Source of the DNA: Desulfuromonadales bacterium
Lineage (GTDB): Bacteria; Desulfobacterota; Desulfuromonadia; Desulfuromonadales; SZUA-540
Reading direction: 5' to 3'
DNA length: 64,000 nt
NCBI GenBank assembly: GCA_033549025.1
Contig: JAWSUS010000002.1
Span: 160,001-224,000 of the forward strand
Part shown: in pieces, positions 30,095 through 39,865 of the stretch
Layout: every line of letters starts with the position of its first letter
Numbering within the stretch: the first letter of the stretch is position 1
The notes under the pieces: model-generated
What the model was told of the DNA's origin: nothing
The model's database searches: none
Seen by the model: the letters and a program-made list of their open reading frames with translations, nothing else
Position numbers and translations under genes: made by a program

Positions 30095-31543
30095 TCACCC
30101 TTTGAGTTTCTTCAGGAGCAATTCGTTGACGAGGGCCGGATTGGCCTTGCCCCGACTGGCTTTCATGACCTGGCCGACCAGGAAGCCGAGAACCTTCTCC
30201 TTGCCGCCGCGGTACTCTTCCACCTGATCGGCATTGGCGGCCAGTACCTCATCGATAATCTGCTCGATGGCTCCCGTGTCGGTCACCTGCTTCAGGCCCT
30301 TTTCCTCGATAATGGCGTCAGCCGCCTTGCCCGTGCGCCACATCTCCTCGAAGACCGTCTTGGCGATCTTGCCGGAGATGGTGTTGTCATCGAGGCGGGC
30401 CAGCAGAGCCGCCAGCCCCTCCGGCGTCACGGGACTGTCGCCAATGGCGATGCCGTCCTCGTTGAGGCGGCGCTGCACCTCGCCCATGACCCAGTTGGCG
30501 CAAAGCTTGCCGTTGCCGTGCCTGGCGACTGTCGCATCGTAATAATCGGCCATGGCCCGATCGGCGGCGAGCACTTCGGCATCGGTACGGTTCAGGTCGA
30601 AGTCGCGCACGAAACGCTGAATCTTGGCCTCGGGCAGTTCGGGCAGCTCACGGCGGACCGCCTCAATCCACTCGGGGCTGACCACCAGGGGAACGAGGTC
30701 GGGATCAGGGAAGTAGCGGTAGTCGTGGGCTTCCTCCTTGCCGCGCATGGAGCGGGTCATGCCGGTGGCGCTGTCGAAAAGACGCGTCTCCTGCACGACC
30801 TTGCCGCCCTCGTCGAGTAGGTCGGCCTGGCGCTCGACCTCGTATTCGATGGCCTGTTTGATGAAGCGGAAGGAGTTAATGTTTTTGAGCTCGGCGCGGG
30901 TGCCGAACTCCTTCTGCCCCCAGGGCCGGATGGAGACATTGGCGTCGCAGCGGAAGGAGCCCTCTTCCAGGTTGCCGTCACAGACGCCGAGGTACATGAC
31001 GATCTGGTGCAGCTTCTTCAGGTAGGCGATGGCCTCGTCGGCGCTGCGCATGTCCGGTTCGGAGACGATTTCCAGCAGCGGGGTACAGGCGCGGTTCAGG
31101 TCGACAAGAGAGCTGTTTTTGGCCTCGGGACTGTCGCCGTGCAGCAGCTTGCCGGCGTCTTCCTCCATGTGAATGCGGGTGATGCCGACCCTTTTGTTCC
31201 CCGCCTCCGTCTCGATATCGAGATGGCCGTGCTCGCAGATCGGCAGTTCAAACTGGGAGATCTGATAGCCTTTGGGCAGATCGGGATAGAAGTAGTTCTT
31301 GCGGGCGAAAATGGAGCGCGGCGCGATGGTGCAGTTCGTCGCCAGGCCGGTACGGATGGCGTATTCCACCACCTGCCGGTTGAGAACCGGCAGAGCGCCG
31401 GGCATCCCCAGACAGACGGGGCAGGTCTGACTGTTGGGGGCGCTGCCGAAGCGGGTGGAGCAGCCGCAGAATATTTTGGTCTTCGTCGTCAGCTGGACAT
31501 GCACCTCCAGCCCGATGACGACTTCATATTGGGAAGATTCCAT
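30095..31543 (-). CDS. gatB: Asp/Glu-tRNA amidotransferase subunit B
   Basis: [43 protein letters not shown]. Confidence 0.98.
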   Translation of the reverse strand: MESSQYEVVIGLEVHVQLTTKTKIFCGCSTRFGSAPNSQTCPVCLGMPGALPVLNRQVVEYAIRTGLATNCTIAPRSIFARKNYFYPDLPKGYQISQFELPICEHGHLDIETEAGNKRVGITRIHMEEDAGKLLHGDSPEAKNSSLVDLNRACTPLLEIVSEPDMRSADEAIAYLKKLHQIVMYLGVCDGNLEEGSFRCDANVSIRPWGQKEFGTRAELKNINSFRFIKQAIEYEVERQADLLDEGGKVVQETRLFDSATGMTRSMRGKEEAHDYRYFPDPDLVPLVVSPEWIEAVRRELPELPEAKIQRFVRDFDLNRTDAEVLAADRAMADYYDATVARHGNGKLCANWVMGEVQRRLNEDGIAIGDSPVTPEGLAALLARLDDNTISGKIAKTVFEEMWRTGKAADAIIEEKGLKQVTDTGAIEQIIDEVLAANADQVEEYRGGKEKVLGFLVGQVMKASRGKANPALVNELLLKKLKG

Positions 31544-31563
31544 GATTGAACCTTTCTTGCCGT

Positions 31564-33021
31564 TTAGATGTCCGCTTTGCGGGTGTGCCAGTCCGTCACC
31601 TGCTCAAAAGCATAGCCTGTACGCAGCAGGGTCTCTTCCTCGAAGGGGCGGCCGATGAGCTGCAGCCCGATGGGCAGGCCCTCCCCCGAGAAGCCGCAGG
31701 GCAGGCTCAAGGCACAGGTGCCGGCCAGGTTGACGGGGATGGTGAAGATATCGGACAGGTACATCTGCAGCGGATCGGAAACTTTTTCCCCCAGACGGAA
31801 AGCCGGGGTGGGGGCCACCGGCGTCAGCAGAACATCGACCTTTTCGAAAGCATCGAGGAAATCCTGGCGGATGAGCGTACGCACCTTCTGGGCCTTGAGG
31901 TAATAGGCGTCATAGTAGCCGGAGGAGAGGGCGTAGGTGCCCAGCATGATGCGGCGCTTAACCTCGGCCCCGAAACCGGCGGCGCGGGTCTGCTCATACA
32001 TGCCGATGAGCCCGCGGCCGGCGTCGACCCGGCTGCCGAAGCGGACCCCGTCGTAGCGGGCCAGGTTGCTCGACGCTTCGGCCGTGGCGATCAGATAGTA
32101 GCAGGCGACGGCATAGTCCGTATGGGGCAGGCTGACCTCGACAAACTCGGCCCCCAGTTCCCGATAGGTGGCAATCGCCGCGTCCATGGCCGTCTTAACC
32201 TCGGGATCGAGCCCATCGATGAAATACTCGCGGGGCAGGCCGATCTTCAGCCCCTTCACCCCCTCTTGGAGCTGGGCGCGGTAATCGGGTACGGGACGAT
32301 CCACCGAAGTGGAGTCGGCCGGATCATAGCCAGCGACGGCTTCAAGCAGAATGGCGCAGTCCTCCACGTCGCGGGTGACGGGCCCGACCTGGTCGAGGGA
32401 GGAGGCATAGGCGATGACCCCGTAACGGGAGACGCGACCGTAGGTGGGCTTGAGACCGACCACCCCGCAGTGCGCGGCGGGCTGGCGGATGGAGCCGCCC
32501 GTATCCGTCCCCAGCGTGGCCACCGCCTGCCGGGCGGCCACCGCCGCTGCCGAACCGCCGGAGGAGCCGCCGGGAACCGTCACCCTGTTCCAGGGGTTTT
32601 TGACCGCCCCGAAGGCGGAATTCTCGTTGGAGCTGCCCATGGCGAATTCATCCATGTTCAGCTTGCCGACAATCACGGCACCGCGTTCTTTCAGGCGGGC
32701 CACCGCCGTGCCGTCGTAGGGGGCAATAAAGTTGTCGAGAATCTTCGAGGCACAGGTGGTGCGCACCCCTGCCGTCAGAAAGATGTCCTTGAGCGCCACG
32801 GGGATGCCCGTGAGCACATCCGCTTCGCCGGCGGCCAGACGGCGGTCCGCTTCGGCCGCAGCGGCCAGGGCTTCCTCCCGGCACACGGTGATGAACGCGT
32901 TGATTTGATCATCGGTGGCGGCAATGCGGTCGAGAAAGGCTTGGGTGAGGGCGACCGACGTCGTCTCTCCCTGGCGCAGCAGCGCCTGCAGCTCGTGTAT
33001 GGTTTTATCGATCAGTTCCAT
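31564..33021 (-). CDS. gatA: Asp/Glu-tRNA amidotransferase subunit A
   Basis: Amidase signature [38 protein letters not shown]. Confidence 0.98.
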   Translation of the reverse strand: MELIDKTIHELQALLRQGETTSVALTQAFLDRIAATDDQINAFITVCREEALAAAAEADRRLAAGEADVLTGIPVALKDIFLTAGVRTTCASKILDNFIAPYDGTAVARLKERGAVIVGKLNMDEFAMGSSNENSAFGAVKNPWNRVTVPGGSSGGSAAAVAARQAVATLGTDTGGSIRQPAAHCGVVGLKPTYGRVSRYGVIAYASSLDQVGPVTRDVEDCAILLEAVAGYDPADSTSVDRPVPDYRAQLQEGVKGLKIGLPREYFIDGLDPEVKTAMDAAIATYRELGAEFVEVSLPHTDYAVACYYLIATAEASSNLARYDGVRFGSRVDAGRGLIGMYEQTRAAGFGAEVKRRIMLGTYALSSGYYDAYYLKAQKVRTLIRQDFLDAFEKVDVLLTPVAPTPAFRLGEKVSDPLQMYLSDIFTIPVNLAGTCALSLPCGFSGEGLPIGLQLIGRPFEEETLLRTGYAFEQVTDWHTRKADI

Positions 33022-33045
33022 CGGTTCTCCTGTTCAGACGGAGGC

Positions 33046-33333
33046 TCATTCAATGACGCGGGGTACGCGGAAACAGCCGTTGTCGGCCTCGGGGGCGTTG
33101 GCCAGGGCCTTGTCCACGCCGATGGAGTCACGGACGACATCCTCGCGAAAGGCATTTTCCATCGGTACGGCATGGGCCGTCGGCACGATGCCGTCGGTGT
33201 CGAGCTCCTTGAGCTTCTCCACATAGTCCAGAATCGCATCCATCTGCCCGGTCAGGGCGTCAAGTTCTTCATCCTGCAGGGCAAGCCTCGCCAGTCTGGC
33301 AACGTGCTCGACCTCCGCGCGGGTGATCTTCAT
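33046..33333 (-). CDS. gatC: Asp/Glu-tRNA amidotransferase subunit C
   Basis: EVEHVARLARL...REDVV...NAPE...FRVPRVI. Confidence 0.97.
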   Translation of the reverse strand: MKITRAEVEHVARLARLALQDEELDALTGQMDAILDYVEKLKELDTDGIVPTAHAVPMENAFREDVVRDSIGVDKALANAPEADNGCFRVPRVIE

Positions 33334-33378
33334 AAGTTGTTCTCCTCCATGGGATTTTTACTCTCTGCAAGACCTGAA

Positions 33379-33407
33379 AAAGTAGCACGGGCCCGCGCAA
33401 TTTTCAA
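33379..33407 (-). promoter_or_regulatory. Candidate sigma70 promoter for gatCAB-mtnA-glnE
   Basis: Minus strand TTGAAA-17bp-TACTTT with a TGn extended -10. Confidence 0.55.
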
Positions 33408-33546
33408 GCATCAAGGCCCTCGATCGAAAGGAAGAAAAACGAATACATATTGATTTTTTAAAAAGTCGTGCTAAAAATGGAGGCATTTCCATCGAAGCTC
33501 CGTCGACGACGGCGCAAAACTATCCACCCAAAAGGAGAAATGAAAA

Positions 33547-34197
33547 ATGCGTAAGAATATCTGTTACCTTCTTGTTGCTGGCCTCGTTCTGGCCGGTTGT
33601 GCCCAGCCCCAGACCAAAACGACCCAGGGAGCCATGGTCGGCACCGGCGTCGGTGCCGCCGTCGGTGCCGGCCTTGGACAGGTCATTGGCGGTGACACCG
33701 AGGCCACTCTTATCGGTGCCGGCATCGGCGCGGCCCTCGGCGGAGCCACCGGTGCCTCCTTTGGACGCTACATGGATAACCAGGAAGCCCTCATGCGTCA
33801 GCAGCTGGCCGGAGTCGAAGCCGCCAACATCCAGCGCAACGCCAACCTGCTGGCCATCACCTTCAAGTCTGACTTCATGTTCGACGTAAACTCTGCCAAT
33901 CTCAAGCCCGGCTCCTACGACGAGATTACCCGAGTGGCCCAGGTACTCAACCAGTACCCGCAGACCTCTGTCCAGATCGCCGGCCACACCGATTCCACCG
34001 GTGCCGAAGCCTACAATCAGGATCTCTCCGTCAAGCGTGCCAATGCCGTCAAGAATGCCCTCACCGGCCAGGGAGTGAATCCCGCCCGTCTGAATGCCAT
34101 CGGCTTCGGCGAATCCCAGCCCATCGCCGACAACAACACCGAGTACGGCCGTCAGCTCAACCGCCGGGTCGTCATCACCATCGCTCCACAAGGCTGA
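33547..34197 (+). CDS. OmpA-family outer-membrane lipoprotein (YiaD-like, glycine zipper plus OmpA_C)
   Basis: Lipobox LAGC, Gly-zipper, GHTDSTG, N..LS..RA, NRRV. Confidence 0.92.
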   Translation: MRKNICYLLVAGLVLAGCAQPQTKTTQGAMVGTGVGAAVGAGLGQVIGGDTEATLIGAGIGAALGGATGASFGRYMDNQEALMRQQLAGVEAANIQRNANLLAITFKSDFMFDVNSANLKPGSYDEITRVAQVLNQYPQTSVQIAGHTDSTGAEAYNQDLSVKRANAVKNALTGQGVNPARLNAIGFGESQPIADNNTEYGRQLNRRVVITIAPQG

Positions 34198-34220
34198 GAA
34201 TTTTCCCTGTTTCTGCCAGC

Positions 34221-34257
34221 AAAAACGGCTCCCGGGTTGTCCCGGGAGCCGTTTTTT
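34221..34257. terminator. Bidirectional Rho-independent terminator between convergent genes
   Basis: AAAAACGGCTCCCGGG-TTGT-CCCGGGAGCCGTTTTTT. Confidence 0.9.
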
Positions 34258-34282
34258 ATTTCACTGCGCACACCGCAAAGAT

Positions 34283-35887
34283 TCAAATGCCGGTGATCCG
34301 CTCGTCGGCCGGATAGGTGACATGAAAACGGGTGAGCAGGTCCTCTTTTTCCCCGGCGGCAAGCTCCCTGGTCCAGGTGAGGGTACCGTCCGCGGCGATC
34401 TCCGCTTCGGTAGCGGCCGGTGAGACGACGGTCACCGCAATCTTTTCGTGGGCGGAGACGGGAACCTGATCGCGGATCAGCAGACGCACATGCCGCGCCT
34501 TGCCGTTGACGATCTCCGTCTTATAGGCGAAATGCTTGCGCGTCTGCTTGCTGAAGGCACCGATCTCTTCGGTGAACTGTTCCTGCAGACTGTGGGTAAC
34601 GAGAATGGTTTCATCCATCCCGAGGGCCAGGCGCATCTCGTCGCCGGCGGGGATGGACACCGCCACCCGGTTCGTCCCCACATAACGGCCATCCAGGAAG
34701 ATTTTAAGTTCGCCTTCCTGCAAGGGAAAAACGAAGGGATTCTTGAGGACTGCCGTCAGAGAGGCAAAGCGGGACCGTCGGGGCACGGCCAGATACTCGA
34801 AGGTCGATTCAGCGTCGGAGGTTGATATCAGAATCTTGTGGGGCTGGTTGTCGGACGGCAGCGCAATTTCCCGATTGAGCCGGTAGGACATGGACGTCGC
34901 CTCGCTTCGCACCTCGGGTTCGTAGGCGCCTGCTGCGGCCATTTCCTCCATGGGCGCCGATTCCGCCATCTTCAGGCGATCCGCGGCCAGGGTACGATAG
35001 GCCACCGGCGGCGGTTCATAGAGATCCACGCGCCAGGGGGAGAGTGGGGGAATTTCGCCGGAAACGCTCGGACGCGCCGTGGAAATTTCGACGCGGGCAC
35101 CACCCAGATCCTCGCCCGTCGCTTGCTGGACCACCGCAAAGAGATGGAGGGAAAGGCGCTGCTGCGTCGAATCAGCCCGCACTTCATAGAGCGGCCGCCA
35201 GCGCACATCCGTCAGGAAGTAGGAATAGTCGAGCTCGATGGAACCCGCCGTTTCGGCCAAGACCGTCACCCGCAGACTTTTGGAGTCCTCGCGCAGGGGA
35301 CCGAGAGCTTTCAGCTCCTTCTCCAGCTCCGTTTTTCTTCTCTCCAGCTCGGCAAGGGCCTGATCGAGGCGGGCGATGTTTTCCAGACGCGCCGCCACGG
35401 CCTTTTCCATCGCCCCCAGATAGCTCTGCACAACCTGAAAGGTCGTGTTCTGCTCCTGGGGAAAAGGCATCACCTTCTGCAGAAAAGCGATGGACTGGCT
35501 GTTGACTTCGCGTTCAGTCTTGTGTCCGACAATCTCTTTTTCGATCGTGTCAAGCTCCTTCTGCAGACTGCGCAGACGCTCCTGCACCGGCTTGACCAGG
35601 GCCGTACGGCGCACCTGAACATCCAGAACGCTCACCTTGGCATCTCCGCGAATATTCGCCTGTACCGAGTCATCCAGGAGATTCGGTACCAGCCCCGTGA
35701 TATCGAAAGAGGTCTCCCCCCGTTCCACGGAAACACGCAGGCTTTTTTTCACCATGGCCCGATCGGGATAGACAACCACTTCCCGCGTGGCCGCGGAGGC
35801 GGCTTCATACTCCGCCTGCCCCCAAGTGAGACAGGGCAACAGCAAAAACGGCACCAGCATCAGGCCTGAAAAGACTTTTCGCAGCAT
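34283..35887 (-). CDS. Mucoidy inhibitor MuiA-family (DUF4140/DUF4139) exported protein
   Basis: Signal peptide, VVVYPDRAMV, DDSV, coiled coil, W.P.Y, Q.TGED...STARP, DQVPVS..EKI.V. GGAGG RBS before ATG 35887. Confidence 0.8.
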   Translation of the reverse strand: MLRKVFSGLMLVPFLLLPCLTWGQAEYEAASAATREVVVYPDRAMVKKSLRVSVERGETSFDITGLVPNLLDDSVQANIRGDAKVSVLDVQVRRTALVKPVQERLRSLQKELDTIEKEIVGHKTEREVNSQSIAFLQKVMPFPQEQNTTFQVVQSYLGAMEKAVAARLENIARLDQALAELERRKTELEKELKALGPLREDSKSLRVTVLAETAGSIELDYSYFLTDVRWRPLYEVRADSTQQRLSLHLFAVVQQATGEDLGGARVEISTARPSVSGEIPPLSPWRVDLYEPPPVAYRTLAADRLKMAESAPMEEMAAAGAYEPEVRSEATSMSYRLNREIALPSDNQPHKILISTSDAESTFEYLAVPRRSRFASLTAVLKNPFVFPLQEGELKIFLDGRYVGTNRVAVSIPAGDEMRLALGMDETILVTHSLQEQFTEEIGAFSKQTRKHFAYKTEIVNGKARHVRLLIRDQVPVSAHEKIAVTVVSPAATEAEIAADGTLTWTRELAAGEKEDLLTRFHVTYPADERITGI

Positions 35888-35967
35888 ATCAACAACCTCC
35901 ACTCGCTAAAATGAACCGTATCAGCCACGTCGAGACAAGAGCGAAGCGCCGCCTCATCCACAACGAT

Positions 35968-36504
35968 TCAGCGCGCCTCGATCAACGTAGAGAGATATTG
36001 AACCACCTGAGGGGCGTTCCAATCCAGCGCCCCGGTGACCGACTCCACAATCTTCCCCTCCCGATCGATGATGAAAGTGTGGGGCAATCCGTGAACCTTG
36101 TAAAGGCTGGCTACGGACTGGGTCTGATCCAACAGAATGGGAAAGTTCAACGGCACCTCTTTTAGGAACTGCTCCACGGCCTGCTGACCGTTTTCCTCCA
36201 CATTGACCGCCAGCAGGACAAAGTCCTCCTTTTTCAGTCGCTGATAAAGAGCCTCCATGGAGGGCATCTCTTCCTTGCAGGGCGGGCACCAGCTTGCCCA
36301 GAAGTTGAGAAAAACCACCTTGCCCCGGTACTGGGAAAGAGATACCGGCACGCCTTGCATATCCGTCAGAGTGAAATCCGGGGCCATGGCGACAGAAGAC
36401 GGCTCTTTCGCCCTCGACAACTCCGGCTCAGGAGAGCCCGCCAGCCAAAGATAAACCAGAGCCAAACCAATCACCACAGCGGCGATGAAAATCTTGCGTT
36501 GCAT
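35968..36504 (-). CDS. TlpA/ResA-like thiol:disulfide oxidoreductase
   Basis: N-terminal TM anchor, APDFTL, LNFWASWCPPCKEEMP, GLPHTFIIDREG. Confidence 0.92.
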   Translation of the reverse strand: MQRKIFIAAVVIGLALVYLWLAGSPEPELSRAKEPSSVAMAPDFTLTDMQGVPVSLSQYRGKVVFLNFWASWCPPCKEEMPSMEALYQRLKKEDFVLLAVNVEENGQQAVEQFLKEVPLNFPILLDQTQSVASLYKVHGLPHTFIIDREGKIVESVTGALDWNAPQVVQYLSTLIEAR

Positions 36505-36670
36505 GTAATAAATCTCCTTATGATCTTTTTCGCAAAAACCGGCAACCAGCCGGCCATTGCGAGAGAAACGAGGTCGGATTTTGACCGAAAGGCCAAGGTT
36601 AAAACAAGGCGGGAACAAAAAGCAAGGCTTGCCGGCAGATGGGCAGACCCGCCTTGTGGTCCGCCACCTT

Positions 36671-36698
36671 TTGACAGTTTTTATTTTTCGGCCATAAT
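36671..36698 (+). promoter_or_regulatory. Candidate sigma70 promoter for the ferritin-like gene pair
   Basis: TTGACA-16bp-CATAAT, about 40 bp upstream of the ATG, with an AGGAGG RBS. Confidence 0.6.
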
Positions 36699-36739
36699 TT
36701 CATAAAGAACAATCAAATCAACCATCACAGGAGGGATCT

Positions 36740-37237
36740 ATGCCGCAAGAGTATAAGATGAAAGAAGCCCTGAAAATGGCCATCGAGGCCAAAAAGCACC
36801 TCATGGATTTTTACAACGAGGCCGCCGCCGCCACGGAAAACCCCAAGGGAAAAGTGGTTTTTACCCGCCTGGCCCAGGAGGTCCGGGAGAATGCCGGTAA
36901 GTTCTTCAAGCACTACAAATGGGACGACCTGGGCACCTTCGATGACTTCATGGCGAAGCCGGCCAAGGCGGACTCGGCCATGCTGCACGAACTGAAAAAG
37001 GCCATCGACAAGAACGTACACGAACGCAAGGCCCGCGAGATCGCCCTGCAGGAAGAGTCGGACATGGAGAAGAACTTCACGCTGGCTGCTTCGCACATCG
37101 TGGATCCGTCGGTGAAGGCCATTTTTATGGAAGTGGCCAAAGATACCCGTATCCATTATGAAATCATCGAGTCGGAATACGCCCACACCATGGGCATGGT
37201 GCACGAAACGGATATCGATACTTACGTGCGCGAATAG
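36740..37237 (+). CDS. Ferritin-like (rubrerythrin-domain) four-helix protein with degenerate diiron ligands
   Basis: Duplicated helix-pair pattern (EALKMAIE..DFY..AA...F..LA.E and A.EIALQEE....F..AA...F..VA....H). Confidence 0.7.
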   Translation: MPQEYKMKEALKMAIEAKKHLMDFYNEAAAATENPKGKVVFTRLAQEVRENAGKFFKHYKWDDLGTFDDFMAKPAKADSAMLHELKKAIDKNVHERKAREIALQEESDMEKNFTLAASHIVDPSVKAIFMEVAKDTRIHYEIIESEYAHTMGMVHETDIDTYVRE

Positions 37238-37296
37238 AATCGCATTCGTCGACACGTGAGGCATTTCGAACAACCAGAAGGACAAGGAGGAACGTA

Positions 37297-37509
37297 ATGG
37301 CTGAAAAGGACGTGGTAAGCCACATTTTGAAATTCTGTCGGGATCACGCTTTTGCGAAAAAAGCTTTTCAGCAGATTGTCGAGGAGAAAAACAAGAGCAT
37401 CCAATTGCCTGACGGCGAGGTGCAGTTGACGGACGAGGAGATGGCGGAATTCGTCGAGCGCTTCAGCGCCGAAATCGAGCCGACCCTCTATACCCCCAAA
37501 CGCCTCTGA
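37297..37509 (+). CDS. Hypothetical protein (70 aa)
   Basis: AAGGAGG RBS, co-oriented with the ferritin-like gene, followed by a terminator. Confidence 0.7.
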   Translation: MAEKDVVSHILKFCRDHAFAKKAFQQIVEEKNKSIQLPDGEVQLTDEEMAEFVERFSAEIEPTLYTPKRL

Positions 37510-37572
37510 TTCGCCGGGGTTGTCGTCTTCGGCCTTGTCAGCCCGGGACGGCGACCTTCACTTCATCAGATC

Positions 37573-37604
37573 GAAATCCCCCGTCAATGCGGGGGATTTC
37601 TTTT
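37573..37604 (+). terminator. Terminator hairpin overlapping the clsB stop codon
   Basis: GAAATCCCCCG-TCAATG-CGGGGGATTTC-TTTT at the junction of convergent genes. Confidence 0.7.
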
Positions 37605-38753
37605 ATCACGACCGAACCAGGCCACTATCGCCACCGCCTTGCCGAGAAACCATTCCCACAGGCGGTAGGTCCAGGGCCGAACTTGCCACTGCGTATATTC
37701 AACTTCATAGCAGCGGGGAAAATCCTCTTCGAAAAAGGCCTGAACCGCTTCGGTGATGGCCGGGGCCTCCACTTCCTGGTTGGCTTCCAGGTTCCAGTGA
37801 TCGTTCCAGCGGTCGCCATTGGCCGAGCCGATAGAGACCCAGTGGTCACACATAAGCACCTTGGCGTGGAGAAAGTGGGGCTGGTATTCAAAAATACGCA
37901 CCCCGTTGCGGAGCATCCGCTCATAATGATGGCGGCCAATCCAGCGGATTTCCGGATGATCCGTATAGGGACCCGGCACCATCAGCCGCACATCCGCTCC
38001 ATTGCCTGCGGCACGGATAAGGGCCCGTCGCAACTTGGAGGAAGGGACGAAATATGCCGTGGACAGCCAGACGCGCTGACGGGCCTGGCGAATATGGGCC
38101 ACGAACGACCGTTTGATCTCGGAACGTCCCAGATAGCGGGAATGGGCGGCCACCCGCCCCGCCTGGGTGCCGGGCGTTCGGGGGGCAGACAGGGGCTCCG
38201 GCAGTTGCAGGGGAACCTTTGACCAGCGATTCCAGGTTTCCGTGAAAAGAGTCTGCCAATCCCTCACGCTCGGTCCCTCGATCTCGAGCATGACATCGTG
38301 CCAGAACCTCTCCGGCTCCGATTCAGGGTCAAACTGGTTCTTCAGCCCTGTGCCGCCCGTGTAGGCCAGAACACCATCCACCAGCAGCAGCTTGCGGTGG
38401 TTGCGAAAGAGATTGCGCTGGCCATGGAAAAACCGCAACGGATTGTAAAAGAGCAGATGTACCCCTGCCTGCCGCAGAAAGTCCCGATCACCCCGCGACA
38501 GGCCCAGACTGCCGTAACCGTCGAAGAGGAGATAGACCTGCACCCCGCGTTCGACCGCCTCGACCAGCGCGGTGAAAAACCGGCTTGCCAGCGTCCCGGA
38601 TTCGACCAGATACATCTCCAGCAGGATATAGCGCCTGGCCTGCCGAATGCTGTCGAGCATAACCGGAAAGAAACTGCCGCCATCTACCAACAACCGAAAC
38701 CTGTGACCGCTCTCCCACGAGGCGCGGTCATCTTCTGTAGCTGGATCCGTCAT
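37584..38753 (-). CDS. clsB: Phospholipase D family cardiolipin synthase (ClsB-like, no N-terminal TM)
   Basis: Two HKD motifs (NHRKLLLVDG and LHAKVLMCD), STAYFVP, GSAN..., NLEAN. Confidence 0.8.
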   Translation of the reverse strand: MTDPATEDDRASWESGHRFRLLVDGGSFFPVMLDSIRQARRYILLEMYLVESGTLASRFFTALVEAVERGVQVYLLFDGYGSLGLSRGDRDFLRQAGVHLLFYNPLRFFHGQRNLFRNHRKLLLVDGVLAYTGGTGLKNQFDPESEPERFWHDVMLEIEGPSVRDWQTLFTETWNRWSKVPLQLPEPLSAPRTPGTQAGRVAAHSRYLGRSEIKRSFVAHIRQARQRVWLSTAYFVPSSKLRRALIRAAGNGADVRLMVPGPYTDHPEIRWIGRHHYERMLRNGVRIFEYQPHFLHAKVLMCDHWVSIGSANGDRWNDHWNLEANQEVEAPAITEAVQAFFEEDFPRCYEVEYTQWQVRPWTYRLWEWFLGKAVAIVAWFGRDKRNPPH

Positions 38754-38781
38754 AAAAGTCCTCCGCGACAAGCTGCGCCAG

Positions 38782-39672
38782 TCAGACCTTGCGGGCTTTT
38801 AAGAGCTGTCGCCCCACCCAATGACTGGAAAACTGCAGGGCGGTGCGGCCACAGCGCTTGCTCTTGTCATGGGACCACTGGATGGCCGCCTCGCGCAGCT
38901 CCGCCGACCATTCCACATCCAGGCCGTTTTGGCCCGCCAGCTTTTCCACGCACTGCCGCACCACCCGCAGATAGTGGTCCTGGGAAAATACGTGGAAAGC
39001 CACCCACAGGCCGAAGCGGTCGGAGAGGGAAATCTTTTCCTCCACCCCCTCGCCGTGATGAATCTCGTTATTGACCATCTTGGCGCCCAGATTGTCCGTC
39101 TCGTACTCGGGCAGCAGATGGCGGCGATTGGAGGTCGTATAGATGCGCACATTGTCGGGCGCCGAATAGACGGAACCGTCGAGGGCGCTCTTGAGCATCT
39201 TGTAACTCGGCTCTCCCGGCTCGAAGCTGAGATCGTCGCACAGCAGGATAAATTTGAAGGGTTTGTCCTCGATAGCGGCGAAGATGTCCGGCAGGTAGGT
39301 CAGATCGTCCTTGTCCACCTGCACCACCCGTAGCCCCTGAGGCGCGTAGGCATGCAGAAGGGCTCGCACCAGGGACGATTTGCCGGTGCCGCGGGTTCCC
39401 CACAGCAGCACGTTGTTGGCCGGGTAACCGGCGAGAAACTGGCGGGTATTCTCCTCCACGACCTCCTTCTGCTCATCAATCCCCAGCAACTCGTCCAGAC
39501 TGACCTTCTCTACTTTCTTCACCGGCTCCAACGTGCCGGAAAAAGAATGGCGGCGCCAGTTGGCGGCCAGGCAGGTCTGCCAATCGATGGTTTCCACGGG
39601 GCGGGGCAGCAGCTGCTCCAGGGAGGTCAGCACCCGCTCGAGCTGGGCGACCACTTCGGGCTTGAGGTTCAT
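38782..39672 (-). CDS. DUF815-family AAA+ ATP-binding protein
   Basis: NTRQFLAGYPANNVLLWGTRGTGKSS, CDDLSFE, TSNRRHLLPE, EEKISLSDRFGLW. AGGAG RBS before ATG 39672. Confidence 0.88.
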   Translation of the reverse strand: MNLKPEVVAQLERVLTSLEQLLPRPVETIDWQTCLAANWRRHSFSGTLEPVKKVEKVSLDELLGIDEQKEVVEENTRQFLAGYPANNVLLWGTRGTGKSSLVRALLHAYAPQGLRVVQVDKDDLTYLPDIFAAIEDKPFKFILLCDDLSFEPGEPSYKMLKSALDGSVYSAPDNVRIYTTSNRRHLLPEYETDNLGAKMVNNEIHHGEGVEEKISLSDRFGLWVAFHVFSQDHYLRVVRQCVEKLAGQNGLDVEWSAELREAAIQWSHDKSKRCGRTALQFSSHWVGRQLLKARKV

Positions 39673-39865
39673 GAGGTTCTCTCCTGTCGTCATTGGGTGT
39701 AGCGAGCAAGCGCTGTCCCACAGGAGTAAGGAAGGTCTTGAACCGGACGCCCCGACTTGGGGAAAGGGGCTCGGGGGCCTGCGGGAAGCAGGCCTATCAT
39801 AACGCAAATGGAGCGAAGGGGATAAATTTTTCTCCGACAGGAGGATACAGGGGGATGGCGAGGAC

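Noticed and set aside
28679..33453. Long + strand ORFs (713 aa and 635 aa) antisense to mtnA/gatB/gatA
   Set aside because: Shadow ORFs opposite essential genes, with no RBS or domain signal.
39730..39750. GGTTCAAGACC on the minus strand resembling a tRNA T-loop
   Set aside because: No 5-bp T stem, acceptor stem or cloverleaf can be formed.
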